A DNA stretch of 64,000 bases from an uncultured Planctomycetia bacterium (lineage in GTDB: Bacteria; Omnitrophota; Gorgyraeia; Duberdicusellales; 4484-171). How positions within the stretch are numbered: the first letter of the stretch is position 1; every line of letters starts with the position of its first letter. Positions 1 to 9,967 of the stretch are shown here, one piece after another. The stretch lies in assembly GCA_964489445.1 (NCBI GenBank), contig CAZAYU010000006.1:53518-117517 (forward strand). The letters run 5' to 3'. The position numbers and the translations under genes were made by a program. Under the pieces are notes generated by a model, which was not told the DNA's origin, did no database searches, and saw nothing but the letters and a program-made list of their open reading frames with translations.

Positions 1-912
1 CCGGGGATAAGCCGCAATCCGAGAGTCTTTACGGTAAAAATCAACAGCAGCATCCGGATTATAACGAGTAAATAATAGCGCCTCAACAGCAACGTCAGCT
101 AAAGCTTGGACAACATCAGGGGCATTCTCGTGAATTTCTTCACGGATAAAATCAAAACCGGTATTAAAAAAATACGGATAACCGGTATCTATTTTTCTCC
201 CTAATTTTTTCTGTTCAGAAAATGTTATGTGCGGATCCCAAAGAACTACTGCGTCAACACCTTTAGGTAAAAGCTGAGCATCGCGCATGCTCAAGCCGGC
301 AACCTTAAAGTCTTGACCACGAACTAAACCTTTGTGCTCAATCATAGCAGTAAGATAAAATTCTGCATACGACCCCAATGTCGTACCAATCACTGCCTGC
401 TTATCTTTCTGTTTAAGGTCTTCGGGAGATTGTATAGAAGAACGAGGTTTAACTAGCATGGCTATCTCATTATTAACACCGGTCAACGCATAAGCTTTAA
501 CCGGAGCACCTTTATCTACGGTAAGCCAAAAAGGAAAATCACCATAATGGGTAACTTGAGTTTGCCCACTCAAAAAAGCTTCAACAATCGTCGGCCCGCT
601 AAGAAAGCTTATGAATTTTACAGTAATACCTCTTTTTTCCAATAGCTTTAACTCTTTGATAATCGCATAACACGCTGAATACCCGGGAAGATCAGCAAAG
701 TAACCAATAGTTAGCGGCAGCCACCCTTTTGATTTTAGCCATTCTAACGACTCCTTACTTACTTGAGTGTACGGTAACGGCCAATTCCACTCAGTACTAT
801 CCTGTTTTGCAGGAATAGATTCAATTTGGTTGCCTTCCAATGCAGCTGTTGCTTCAACAGCATATCCGAGAATAATAGCAAAGACCAAATAAAAAATAAT
901 TCTTTTAGCCAT
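1..912 (-). CDS. ABC transporter substrate-binding protein, SsuA/TauA/THI5-like (3' end runs off window)
   Basis: Not in the ORF track; translated by hand from ATG at 912 with AGAGGAG SD upstream. Sequence MAKRIIFYLVFAIILGYAVEATA (signal peptide) ... FLSGPTIVEAFLSG ... GDFP ... IGTTLGSYAE ... GVDAVVLWDPH is typical of aliphatic sulfonate/nitrate-type binding proteins. Confidence 0.8.
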   Translation of the reverse strand, partial: MAKRIIFYLVFAIILGYAVEATAALEGNQIESIPAKQDSTEWNWPLPYTQVSKESLEWLKSKGWLPLTIGYFADLPGYSACYAIIKELKLLEKRGITVKFISFLSGPTIVEAFLSGQTQVTHYGDFPFWLTVDKGAPVKAYALTGVNNEIAMLVKPRSSIQSPEDLKQKDKQAVIGTTLGSYAEFYLTAMIEHKGLVRGQDFKVAGLSMRDAQLLPKGVDAVVLWDPHITFSEQKKLGRKIDTGYPYFFNTGFDFIREEIHENAPDVVQALADVAVEALLFTRYNPDAAVDFYRKDSRIAAYPR

Positions 913-976
913 AGTTTGCGCTCCTCTTTATAAGTCTAGCCAAGACTCATGTTCGACACAACACATCAAACATTAC

Positions 977-2215
977 TCAAATACGATAACCAAAGCACCC
1001 TCCCTGGCAAACAGTCTTGTCGCCAAGATTGGAAGATTTATTTTTTAATTGACGCTTATAGTTACTAAAATACTTACAAGTTTTACAGTCCTCCATAAGA
1101 GGCTGCAAACATAGCTGTTCTATAGGCGCCTTAAACTGCCGATCCATTTCTTGACGGGTAGTATCAGGTGTAATCTTCTTCCCTTTAATATGAACAACAG
1201 GACAAGGATAACAAGTTAAGTCTGGATTTACGGTTATCAAATTAGCATAGTCACCATTAACGTCAAAACAATCACACCGATAATCAAATAAAAACGGAGA
1301 TATGGAATTTAGAAATTTGATTTCTTCTTTATTGAACATGCACAAGAATAAAGGCCGATAAAAGAAAAATAAAATATTATTCACATAGGCATAAGAAGAA
1401 ATATCCATAATTTGCTTAGCTAGTTTTCTCATATTCTGTCTTAATTTCTGAGGAGTTAAAGTATTCTGATTCCTGGGCAAAGCTGTACTAAAACGCAAAA
1501 CTATCTGATCGGAACACTGCTTAATCGTATCAATGAACCCTTGCCAATTATCATCTTCACACTGAATAACCCATGACGCTACTAGAGGAATACCTTTATC
1601 GAGAGCCTCTGTAATATTTCGATAGAAAATGCTTTTCTTCTCTTGCGATAAATTATTCTGAGGATAACTAAAATTTATAGACTCTATTAAACACCTATCC
1701 AGTAGAGAGCTTGTTTCACGGTTATATAAACCATTAGTAGAAAGAGAAATGCTAAGCTTGTGCCGACGGGCTATCTCCAATACACTTTTAAATTCAGGGT
1801 ATACGGTAGGCTCTCCCCCTAAAAGCCGAAAACTTTCCCATCCTTGAGACTTTGCCCAATGAGCTAAAAACTCAAAATCAGCTAAAGACATATGCTGTTT
1901 AAACTCTTCTCGAGGAATCTGCGCATAACAAAAAGAACAATTTACATTGCAATAGTAAGTTACACAAACACGCAAAATCTTCTTATGTGTTTTGCTACTT
2001 TTATTCACCTGAATGCTTCTATCCAAAAGAAGTCTTTGTTTGTAACGTATGTGTACTTTATTTAACCACAGCAGAGAAGGAAACATAAGCCTTACCAACC
2101 TAATAATAATTATACACAGCAACGAGATAACTACCTGAAAACGATAAGCAGGCAGGTTAAATAATTCTTTAATTCTCGTAAATTCTGTTTTATAGATTAT
2201 CATTGCATTACCCAA
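977..2215 (-). CDS. radical SAM protein with Cys-rich C-terminus (VCQGGC subfamily)
   Basis: CNVNCSFC, LGGEPT, C-terminal CYPCP...CKTC...VCQGGCFGYR; hydrophobic/basic N-terminal extension. Confidence 0.9.
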   Translation of the reverse strand: MGNAMIIYKTEFTRIKELFNLPAYRFQVVISLLCIIIIRLVRLMFPSLLWLNKVHIRYKQRLLLDRSIQVNKSSKTHKKILRVCVTYYCNVNCSFCYAQIPREEFKQHMSLADFEFLAHWAKSQGWESFRLLGGEPTVYPEFKSVLEIARRHKLSISLSTNGLYNRETSSLLDRCLIESINFSYPQNNLSQEKKSIFYRNITEALDKGIPLVASWVIQCEDDNWQGFIDTIKQCSDQIVLRFSTALPRNQNTLTPQKLRQNMRKLAKQIMDISSYAYVNNILFFFYRPLFLCMFNKEEIKFLNSISPFLFDYRCDCFDVNGDYANLITVNPDLTCYPCPVVHIKGKKITPDTTRQEMDRQFKAPIEQLCLQPLMEDCKTCKYFSNYKRQLKNKSSNLGDKTVCQGGCFGYRI

Positions 2216-2240
2216 TAATTTTTTTCTCTAGCCTATGGCT

Positions 2241-3473
2241 TCAACGATAACCAAAACATCCGCCTTGGCAAACTGTTTTATCCGCTAAATCAAAAGATTT
2301 TTGTTTTATTTGCCTTTGATACTTAGCAAAAAAATCGCAAGTTTTACATGAATCCATTAACGGCTGCGCAGACATTGTGCTTACCACATGTTTAAAGCGA
2401 TGTTCAATGTCACTTAAGTTAACCTTCGGGCCGATTTTTACACCACCAGTACGCACAACAGGACAGGGATAGCAACTTAAATCCGGATTAACAGTCAGCC
2501 TTAGCCCAGCATAGTTATCGCCTAAATTAAGAGGACAACGAGTATAGTACACGAAGGGACTTATTGAATCTAAGTAATCAAAATCGGCGTCAGACAGCAT
2601 GCAGCGCAAAAAAGGCCGGTAAAAATGGAATGTCACATGGTTTTTAAGAGCATAATTGGCAATATCTAAGGCTTGCCTTGACATTTTTTTAAAATTCTCC
2701 CTTACGCGTTCAAAGCTAGAACATTTCTCATTATTCGGCAGAACCATGCTAAAGCGTACCACAATATTAGGCCGGTACTTACTGGCTAAATCAATCACCT
2801 GGCGCCAATCTTCTTTGTCGGGATATATAACGCACGACATAATTAATTCCGTTTCTTTATCCATAGCATTCTTAAGATTTTGATGAAAAAGTTTCTTCTC
2901 ATCCCGGTTATTTTCATCTTGAGGATAACTAAAATTTATTGACCGCACTACTTTATCACCAAGGAAAAGACTTATTTCAGAATTAAATAAACCATTAGTC
3001 GAAAGATCAATATAAAATCCTTTTTTTTCTGTCATACTTAATATGCTTTTAAATTCAGGATGCACAGTCGGTTCACCACCCAAAAACCTGATCGCTTTCC
3101 ACCCCTGGAGTTTTGCCCAATTAAGCAAAAAATCAAAATCACTCAAAACCATATGGTGTTTAAATTCTTCTTGAAAGCTCCTAGAATAACAAAAAGAACA
3201 TTCCTTATTGCAACTATAAGTAATACAAACTCGTAAAGTTTCTAAATTAGCCAGTATTTTCGGAGCCCTAATTAACTTTTGCTTGTGTCGCGCATATGCT
3301 ATCTTTAAAGGTTCTGTAGAAATTTTACATTTTCTTAATACGGAGATTAAATAAGTTATTCCCACTGACAAAATAATGCGCGAGAAAGGCACACGCCTAG
3401 ATTCAGCCATTATTTTTATGAAAATAATTTTACTTATCAAATTCTCCCAATACTTTTTAAAAATACCTTTCAT
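2241..3473 (-). CDS. radical SAM protein (VCQGGC subfamily), paralog of 977..2215
   Basis: CNKECSFC, LGGEPT, SINFSYPQ, TVNPDLSCYPCP, DKTVCQGGCFGYR shared with its neighbour. Confidence 0.9.
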   Translation of the reverse strand: MKGIFKKYWENLISKIIFIKIMAESRRVPFSRIILSVGITYLISVLRKCKISTEPLKIAYARHKQKLIRAPKILANLETLRVCITYSCNKECSFCYSRSFQEEFKHHMVLSDFDFLLNWAKLQGWKAIRFLGGEPTVHPEFKSILSMTEKKGFYIDLSTNGLFNSEISLFLGDKVVRSINFSYPQDENNRDEKKLFHQNLKNAMDKETELIMSCVIYPDKEDWRQVIDLASKYRPNIVVRFSMVLPNNEKCSSFERVRENFKKMSRQALDIANYALKNHVTFHFYRPFLRCMLSDADFDYLDSISPFVYYTRCPLNLGDNYAGLRLTVNPDLSCYPCPVVRTGGVKIGPKVNLSDIEHRFKHVVSTMSAQPLMDSCKTCDFFAKYQRQIKQKSFDLADKTVCQGGCFGYR

Positions 3474-3562
3474 TGCTCTCTAAAAAATGAAGTGCTTAGC
3501 AAAACTTTGAACTTTCAAATTATTTACTCCTACTCTTACTGTAAAATTTTATAAAGGTAGGT

Positions 3563-4663
3563 TTAAAAAACTAACTGTACCTGAAGAGCGACTTTATTCC
3601 TAGGCTTTGAGCCGTAATTCTCTTCCGCACTGCGAATAATGTAATTTAACTTTATATTATTTAAGGTTCCTTCTTTCAAAAACCAAGTTAGACCAACAGT
3701 AACCGTTTCGATGCCTGTATTGCTAATCTCTGAGTCCTTCTCGTACCAAGCGTAACGTACCGGAATTTCAATCCAGGATAAGGGTTTAAAACCAACCATC
3801 GCATACCACCCTCGAGGTTTCTGGGTGGGAAATTGAAACCTTTCTACACCGTTTACTTCTGAAAACCCTTCGTGCAACGCCTGCAAGTACTCATAAACAA
3901 CTCTAAATTTCCCGCTATTATATGCAATATCCACACCATAAGCATGTTCCGGCAAATTTCGCTCTTCGTTCCGACCTAAATCCGAAACAACATCTACCTG
4001 AGAATATCCGTGGAATCCGGAAACACCAAGTTCTAATCCCTCTAAAGGGCTAAGCCATAGCCGGCCGGTAAAATCTTTTTTCTCGTTATCGTCAAAATGA
4101 TCCAACCCGGCTCCAGTAGTAACAGAAAAAATATACCCCCAAGGAAATTTAGTTTCCAAAAAATTGCCCCATAACCATACTCCCTTATCATAACCATAAT
4201 TACCATTTCTACCCATACTCAACCATATTCCGTCAATGACTTCCGGTCGGAGAATAAACGGAATCTTCGGTAATATTTCTGTTCCAGAGCGAGAAAATCT
4301 GTACCACGATTGTCCTACCTTGATATTAACAGCAGAATTAACTTTTAGATTAAACCAAGCATCCAAAAGAGTCGCAGGGTCATTGTAAGTCAACCTTCCC
4401 CACTCTGACAAAAACATATAATCAATCCGGGAATTTAAATTACCCCTAACCCCCAATCTTACCCTAGCTATTTTTAAATCTTCGCCATGAGTTTTTCCGG
4501 CAGTATTATCATACTGGGCCCATAAATGGGTGAACCCGAAGGCATTAATCGTAAATTCATCTTCATTTTGATCTACTTCTTCAGAAAAACAAAAATTAGT
4601 GCTCGCCAAAATAAAAACAAAAACAACAGTTAATATTAAACTTGCACCGCGTTTTAAATTCAT
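3563..4663 (-). CDS. outer-membrane porin (phosphate-selective porin O/P-like beta-barrel)
   Basis: Signal peptide, IARVRLGVRG, LLDAWFN...IKVGQ, alternating beta strands, C-terminal QVQLVF (terminal Phe). Confidence 0.75.
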   Translation of the reverse strand: MNLKRGASLILTVVFVFILASTNFCFSEEVDQNEDEFTINAFGFTHLWAQYDNTAGKTHGEDLKIARVRLGVRGNLNSRIDYMFLSEWGRLTYNDPATLLDAWFNLKVNSAVNIKVGQSWYRFSRSGTEILPKIPFILRPEVIDGIWLSMGRNGNYGYDKGVWLWGNFLETKFPWGYIFSVTTGAGLDHFDDNEKKDFTGRLWLSPLEGLELGVSGFHGYSQVDVVSDLGRNEERNLPEHAYGVDIAYNSGKFRVVYEYLQALHEGFSEVNGVERFQFPTQKPRGWYAMVGFKPLSWIEIPVRYAWYEKDSEISNTGIETVTVGLTWFLKEGTLNNIKLNYIIRSAEENYGSKPRNKVALQVQLVF

Positions 4664-4710
4664 CTCACTTATTTATATTCCCAATAGATAATTACCCGAT
4701 TAACTATCAC

Positions 4711-7491
4711 TCACGAAAAACAAGAACTCTGATTGTGCCATCTAAGATTCAAGCACCCCCCCTGACAAACTCTTTGGCTAAAAAAATCCTTACTTTTTTG
4801 AGAATTCTTATCATTTAAACTATTCATAAAAAGATCATGCGCCAGGCACTCATTACATGATTCAATCAAACAATTAGAAATTAGCTGTGCTGTATTTTTC
4901 TTTAAAAAAGCATTTAACTCTTTCCTATTTTTGAATTTCAATATATTCTCGTTCTTCATAAAAACTGAATAACAAAATGAAAAACTTAAATCAGGATTTA
5001 CAGTAAGCATATACGTATACCGGCCTTTATACCCTATCGGACACCTAGTGTATGCCACATAAGGAGAAATTTCCTTAAGCTTCTTCCACTCTTTATCCGA
5101 GAACATGCACACAGGAATGGGGCGGTAGTTATAAAACGGTATCCTCAACCTTACACATTCCTTCTGAATCTGCATTATTTGACGAAAGAAATGTTGACTA
5201 TAATCAAATATATTGCACCCAAGATTTTGCTTCGATGAATCCGGCAATGCCAAACTTGTCCTCACAAACGTTGGTTTGTAATATTCTACATCGAAAAACA
5301 ATTTTCTCAAGTCTTCTTTGTCCTTACCTATTATATAAGAGAATCCAAAACTTATATTTCTTGCTTTCCACTCCTTAAGATTCCGATCAAAAAATCGCTG
5401 CTGGCTAGAATTTGCAACCTGGCGGGCATTATAATTTACAATAACATTTTCATGCCAAAAACTTTTTACATTTGAAATAATCCGGCTGGGAAAAACATTA
5501 TTTGTTGCTATTGTTATAAACATTTTATGTTTATAACACAATTTAAGCATATCACTAAAATCTGGATGAAGCGTCGGTTCTCCTCCCAAAAAAACCATTC
5601 TATTCCATTTGTTTTTCTTAGCCCAAATTAATAGGCGATAGAAATCATTTAGTGTCATATCATTTGGTATTTTTTCCTTAAAATCTCGTGCATAGCAATA
5701 TTTGCAAGATAAATTACATTTATACGTTGTGCATACTTTCAATAAGGAATCTTGCATCCGAGGCAACCAGTCAGGTTTTCTTGTGTGCACATGGTAATGT
5801 AGTTGGCTCCAAGCGTCCCTTCTTGACCATCTTTTACTCGAAAAGATTAGCAATTGATAGAAAACAGTCAAATAAGATTTAAAATAAAAAAAAGAATAAC
5901 CTAGCAATCTTCCAGATAACCATAACCTCCTGACTTTATTAATAATTCTGTGAATTATTTTCTTTTGGGAATTTATTGTAATAACGGCTATTTCAATCGT
6001 TCTTTGACGAATACGTTTAAAATTCAATTTGAATGATACAATAAATAGATACAAATGATGCCATACTGAATGCAACACCATAAACTTATACTTATCAAGA
6101 TGCCTGATTGGTTTTTTACATATTGCTTTTATGCGAATAGCTTTCATTTTCTTAACGATCTTCTTTCTTAGCTTGTCATTATTCTGACCAAATAAAAATC
6201 CAGGAACAGAGTAGTTGTTATTTTCAAACTTAAAATCATTATTAAATTTATCCTTGTATATTTCAGAAAGCGTGCTACCCGGCAAAAAGTTTGCAAACAA
6301 AAACCATGCTCTATCCAATCCTAAACTTTCCGCAAAAGATAATGTTTCATTAATCTCTGCTTCCGTTTCCCCCGGAAACCCCAAAATAAAAAAGCTATTG
6401 GTATCTATACCAATTTTCCTTGCTACTTTGACTATTTCTTTTACCTGTATTAGGTTCACAGGCTTTCCAATAAAGGTCTCAAGTATCCGTTTGTTGGCGC
6501 TTTCGATACCTAAAGTTAACTCATAGCAACCACTTTCTTTCATTAATTCCAATAATTTTTCATCCAGTGTCCAAGCTGCAACTCCGTTAGGCATATTCCA
6601 ATGTATATTAAATTTCCGTTTAATCATGCCTTCAAACAACTCCACTGTTCTTTTTTTATCTTGTGTTAGATTATCATCAATAAATTGTACTTCTCTTATC
6701 GAAAACTTTTTAATTAATTCTTCAATCTCGTTTAATACATTTTCTGTTGTCCGAACCCGGTATCTTCTTCCCCAATAATTACTTGATGAACAAAATTGGC
6801 AATCCTCTAAACAACCTCGTGAGGTTATCAAGGTTGTATTGCGTTTAGTTTTAGAAATGTGCCCGGGAGGCCTGTTGATGCTATAATATTCTTCCATTGG
6901 TATTAACTGGCGAGCAGGAAAAGAAATATCATCTAAACACCGAATAAAATTATTCTTTTTATTTACAATAATTTCTTTTCCGTTCCGCCAAGCTATTCCA
7001 TCTAAATCGTAAACCGAACGGCTTAAATTGAGCCGAGATAACAGTTCTTTGAAAGAACTTTCTCCTTCACCAAGCACAATGAAATCTATATCAGTATCCC
7101 GCATGCATTCTCGAGCAAGAAAAGTAGGATGGCTGCCGCCGATAACAGTAACAATCTCTTTATTAAGAAATTTTACCTCTTTGCAAATACTTTGAGCAGC
7201 TATGAATTGGCTTGAAAATAAGCAGCTAATACCGACTACATCCGGAGTGAATATTCTAATTTCTTCTTTAATCTTTCCCATCTTTAAACCATGACGATAA
7301 CGTTTCTCTCCTGCTAAAACTCGATGTTTAAATCCTTCAACTACACAATCTAAGATTTTTACATTAAAATCATCTTTAATCGCGCTGGCAATATAAGCTA
7401 GTCCTAGGGGAGGAGTAACAACTTCGTAACTTCCTGTCGGCAATAAGAATGGTGGAAAAATCAAAAGTACATTTTTTATTTTTTTACTCAT
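4711..7491 (-). CDS. B12-binding radical SAM fused to a second radical SAM domain (VCQGGC subfamily)
   Basis: N-half: PPLGLAYIA, GGSHPT, GEGE, TSRGCLEDCQFC, GIES, ILGFPGET. C-half: CNLSCKYC, LGGEPT, TVNPDL, VCQGGC. Confidence 0.9.
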   Translation of the reverse strand: MSKKIKNVLLIFPPFLLPTGSYEVVTPPLGLAYIASAIKDDFNVKILDCVVEGFKHRVLAGEKRYRHGLKMGKIKEEIRIFTPDVVGISCLFSSQFIAAQSICKEVKFLNKEIVTVIGGSHPTFLARECMRDTDIDFIVLGEGESSFKELLSRLNLSRSVYDLDGIAWRNGKEIIVNKKNNFIRCLDDISFPARQLIPMEEYYSINRPPGHISKTKRNTTLITSRGCLEDCQFCSSSNYWGRRYRVRTTENVLNEIEELIKKFSIREVQFIDDNLTQDKKRTVELFEGMIKRKFNIHWNMPNGVAAWTLDEKLLELMKESGCYELTLGIESANKRILETFIGKPVNLIQVKEIVKVARKIGIDTNSFFILGFPGETEAEINETLSFAESLGLDRAWFLFANFLPGSTLSEIYKDKFNNDFKFENNNYSVPGFLFGQNNDKLRKKIVKKMKAIRIKAICKKPIRHLDKYKFMVLHSVWHHLYLFIVSFKLNFKRIRQRTIEIAVITINSQKKIIHRIINKVRRLWLSGRLLGYSFFYFKSYLTVFYQLLIFSSKRWSRRDAWSQLHYHVHTRKPDWLPRMQDSLLKVCTTYKCNLSCKYCYARDFKEKIPNDMTLNDFYRLLIWAKKNKWNRMVFLGGEPTLHPDFSDMLKLCYKHKMFITIATNNVFPSRIISNVKSFWHENVIVNYNARQVANSSQQRFFDRNLKEWKARNISFGFSYIIGKDKEDLRKLFFDVEYYKPTFVRTSLALPDSSKQNLGCNIFDYSQHFFRQIMQIQKECVRLRIPFYNYRPIPVCMFSDKEWKKLKEISPYVAYTRCPIGYKGRYTYMLTVNPDLSFSFCYSVFMKNENILKFKNRKELNAFLKKNTAQLISNCLIESCNECLAHDLFMNSLNDKNSQKSKDFFSQRVCQGGCLNLRWHNQSSCFS

Positions 7492-7523
7492 TTAAAAATA
7501 ATTTATTACTTGGCTTGTGCCGA

Positions 7524-8768
7524 TTACCATACCTGATTCCGAGTCACATCAAATAGAGTCTCTTTCTTTCTGATTAATTCCACTTTTTTTGATGAATTTA
7601 AAAAATAAACAGCACTTCTCGGCCGAGAAAATTGATTAGCATACGGGATAGAATAAGCTCCAACACCAAAAATTACCAAGATATCCCCCCTTTCTATGCT
7701 AGGACTCCAAACATTCAGAAAAAGCTTATCGAAAGAATTAACTGACGCACTATAAATATTTACCTTCTCCATCGGGCTTTGCTTTACTTTATTCGCAATT
7801 AAAAATCCTCTATTTTTAAAAAGCGGACGGTATCCAAGATCATTCATTAAAATATCCGTATACACATTTCTTCCTTTCTTCTCAACAATTTTTCCAACCA
7901 AAATAGCACTATTACCCATTATCGACCTTCCTGGCTCAAGAGAAATATTTAGATTTAATCTTGTTTTTCTGAAATTAGCATCATAACCCCTCTCAATCGC
8001 TTTAATAAAATGCTCCAGACTTACAGGAAATTTAGAAAAAAACGGAAAAGCATGTTGTATTCCTTGGGAAGGAAATCCTCCGCCAAGATTTATTTCTCTA
8101 ATGTCAACACCCCGAACTTTGAATTGCTTGGCTAAACTAAATAGGTTTTTTAATGATTTTTGGTAATAGGCCGGCTTAACAAAAGAAAAAGTAAGATGTG
8201 CCAATAGCCCCTTAATGTCAACAAAAGAGTACTTATCGAAATTATTTAAAAGATATCTTACTTCCTGTGAACCTAGCCCATAGCTCCTTTGGCCCGTAGT
8301 TAGAAAAATATTTCTTAAATCATACGAACTTACCTGAGGATCTATACGTAAACCAATGTTAACTTTTAGCAATTGCCCTTTGGCAATCTTATTCAAACGG
8401 TTCAATTCATCTATTGAATCAATATTAATCAATTGGATATTTTTTTCTACACATTTTTTTAAGAAAGCATCGGATTTATTCGTACCGTCTACAATAATAT
8501 CAAAGTGGGGAAATTGTGCTTTTTCCGCTAAAAACATATCTAAGTCTCCAGAAACCTCAGCCCCTAAGCCCATCTTTCTTATAGTCTGGAGCACTCTTGA
8601 TTCGTAATTTGTTTTAAGGGAATAATAAATCTTAGTATTAGGTTTACTTTTCGTAAGACGAAGCAGAATGCTACAATTCTTCGTAATTATGTTTTCGGAA
8701 ATTACAAAAAATGGTGTAGCGGTTCTTTTTGAAAAATCAACAATATCCAAACCTTCGAAATAATACAT
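7524..8768 (-). CDS. PLP-dependent decarboxylase, alanine-racemase fold (diaminopimelate/ornithine decarboxylase family), atypical
   Basis: TPFFV, YYSLKTN (PLP Lys), GLRIDP, NLGGGF, LEPGR, GAY, F.RPR; the HxGS and CESGD motifs are altered. Confidence 0.8.
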   Translation of the reverse strand: MYYFEGLDIVDFSKRTATPFFVISENIITKNCSILLRLTKSKPNTKIYYSLKTNYESRVLQTIRKMGLGAEVSGDLDMFLAEKAQFPHFDIIVDGTNKSDAFLKKCVEKNIQLINIDSIDELNRLNKIAKGQLLKVNIGLRIDPQVSSYDLRNIFLTTGQRSYGLGSQEVRYLLNNFDKYSFVDIKGLLAHLTFSFVKPAYYQKSLKNLFSLAKQFKVRGVDIREINLGGGFPSQGIQHAFPFFSKFPVSLEHFIKAIERGYDANFRKTRLNLNISLEPGRSIMGNSAILVGKIVEKKGRNVYTDILMNDLGYRPLFKNRGFLIANKVKQSPMEKVNIYSASVNSFDKLFLNVWSPSIERGDILVIFGVGAYSIPYANQFSRPRSAVYFLNSSKKVELIRKKETLFDVTRNQVW

Positions 8769-8891
8769 TTTTTATTTTAAAACCGGCTTTCTCTTGTTGC
8801 TAAATTTCATCTAAGGTTAACTACTAAAATGCTCCCACCATGAATAAAATCCTACACTCACAATATGTTTGGCTTCGACGCTAATGTACCT

Positions 8892-9905
8892 TTAAATAGC
8901 ATTATCAATGTACCGCTTTCGAAACTGCTGATTTCTCATAACACAATCAGAAGAATCGATTACTTTATATAGTAGATGACCATTCATCTTCCGCCAAAGA
9001 ATAACTAACGAATTTTCCCGGACATTACCAAAACGAAGCGGAACAAAATTACACGGTTGAATATCACCATAAGGTGAAACATAAAACAGCTTCTTTAGAA
9101 CCGCATTGCATCGTGAATAATAACTACAGATTGCTTCCAGATGAACGTAACAAGGATCAAGAAGACCATTGATATACTTTTTTTCCTGCTGCGACAACAT
9201 CATCTCGCAACTATTTAGCCACTTTCCTCCAGGAATAGCAAAAAGCAACACCACCCCTTTCGCTTTTAATTCTCTTGCCAGCTTAATGATCGATGGTATT
9301 TCATCTTTCCTGCAGATATTTTCTTTTGAAACGCACACAGAAACAAAAACAGTAATATTTTCTTCAACACACATCGAAATTGCTTTTTTTGCTTTTTCAA
9401 ACAAGCCAATACGCTTTCGGAATTTATCGTGAATTTTCGGATATGAACTATCAATACTGATATTTATAAATGTAAGACCCCGATTTTTTAATTGCCGGAT
9501 CTTTTCCCGCGTTAATAATAACGCATTAGTGCTAACAGCAGTAATCAGCCCTTTTTTTGCCGTATACTCAACTAACTCACTTATGTCTTCCCTTAATAAC
9601 GGTTCGCCACCGGTAAAATTAACAAAATAAACACCTAATTTATAAGCTTGAAAAATCACCTTTATTACTTCTTCTGTGCTTAATTCTTTCTTGCTACTAT
9701 TCAAACTCCTTTCAATCCCGCAGTGCACACAGTCCAATTGGCATCTATCAGTAACCCCTAAAATAAGCGTATTCGGAGCACTCATCCATGGTAGATTATT
9801 CATGAGTTTACGCAATATAATATTGGTTTTTCTAAAAAAAGAGAACGGTCTCAAAAATACATCATACTGATACTTTTTTTGATTTAACCAATTAGCAATA
9901 TTCAT
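8892..9905 (-). CDS. radical SAM/SPASM-twitch protein
   Basis: CQLDCVHC, FTGGEPLLR, ISIDS, C...YVSPYGDIQPCNF..FGNV. Confidence 0.9.
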   Translation of the reverse strand: MNIANWLNQKKYQYDVFLRPFSFFRKTNIILRKLMNNLPWMSAPNTLILGVTDRCQLDCVHCGIERSLNSSKKELSTEEVIKVIFQAYKLGVYFVNFTGGEPLLREDISELVEYTAKKGLITAVSTNALLLTREKIRQLKNRGLTFINISIDSSYPKIHDKFRKRIGLFEKAKKAISMCVEENITVFVSVCVSKENICRKDEIPSIIKLARELKAKGVVLLFAIPGGKWLNSCEMMLSQQEKKYINGLLDPCYVHLEAICSYYSRCNAVLKKLFYVSPYGDIQPCNFVPLRFGNVRENSLVILWRKMNGHLLYKVIDSSDCVMRNQQFRKRYIDNAI

Positions 9906-9967
9906 AAAATGCTATTATCCAAATTCTTCTTTAAATTTTAGAGGTAACCCGATATTATTTAAATATG

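Noticed and set aside
5121-5130. ops-like GGCGGTAG (RfaH site)
   Set aside because: It is on the plus strand inside a minus-strand CDS, the wrong orientation and position.
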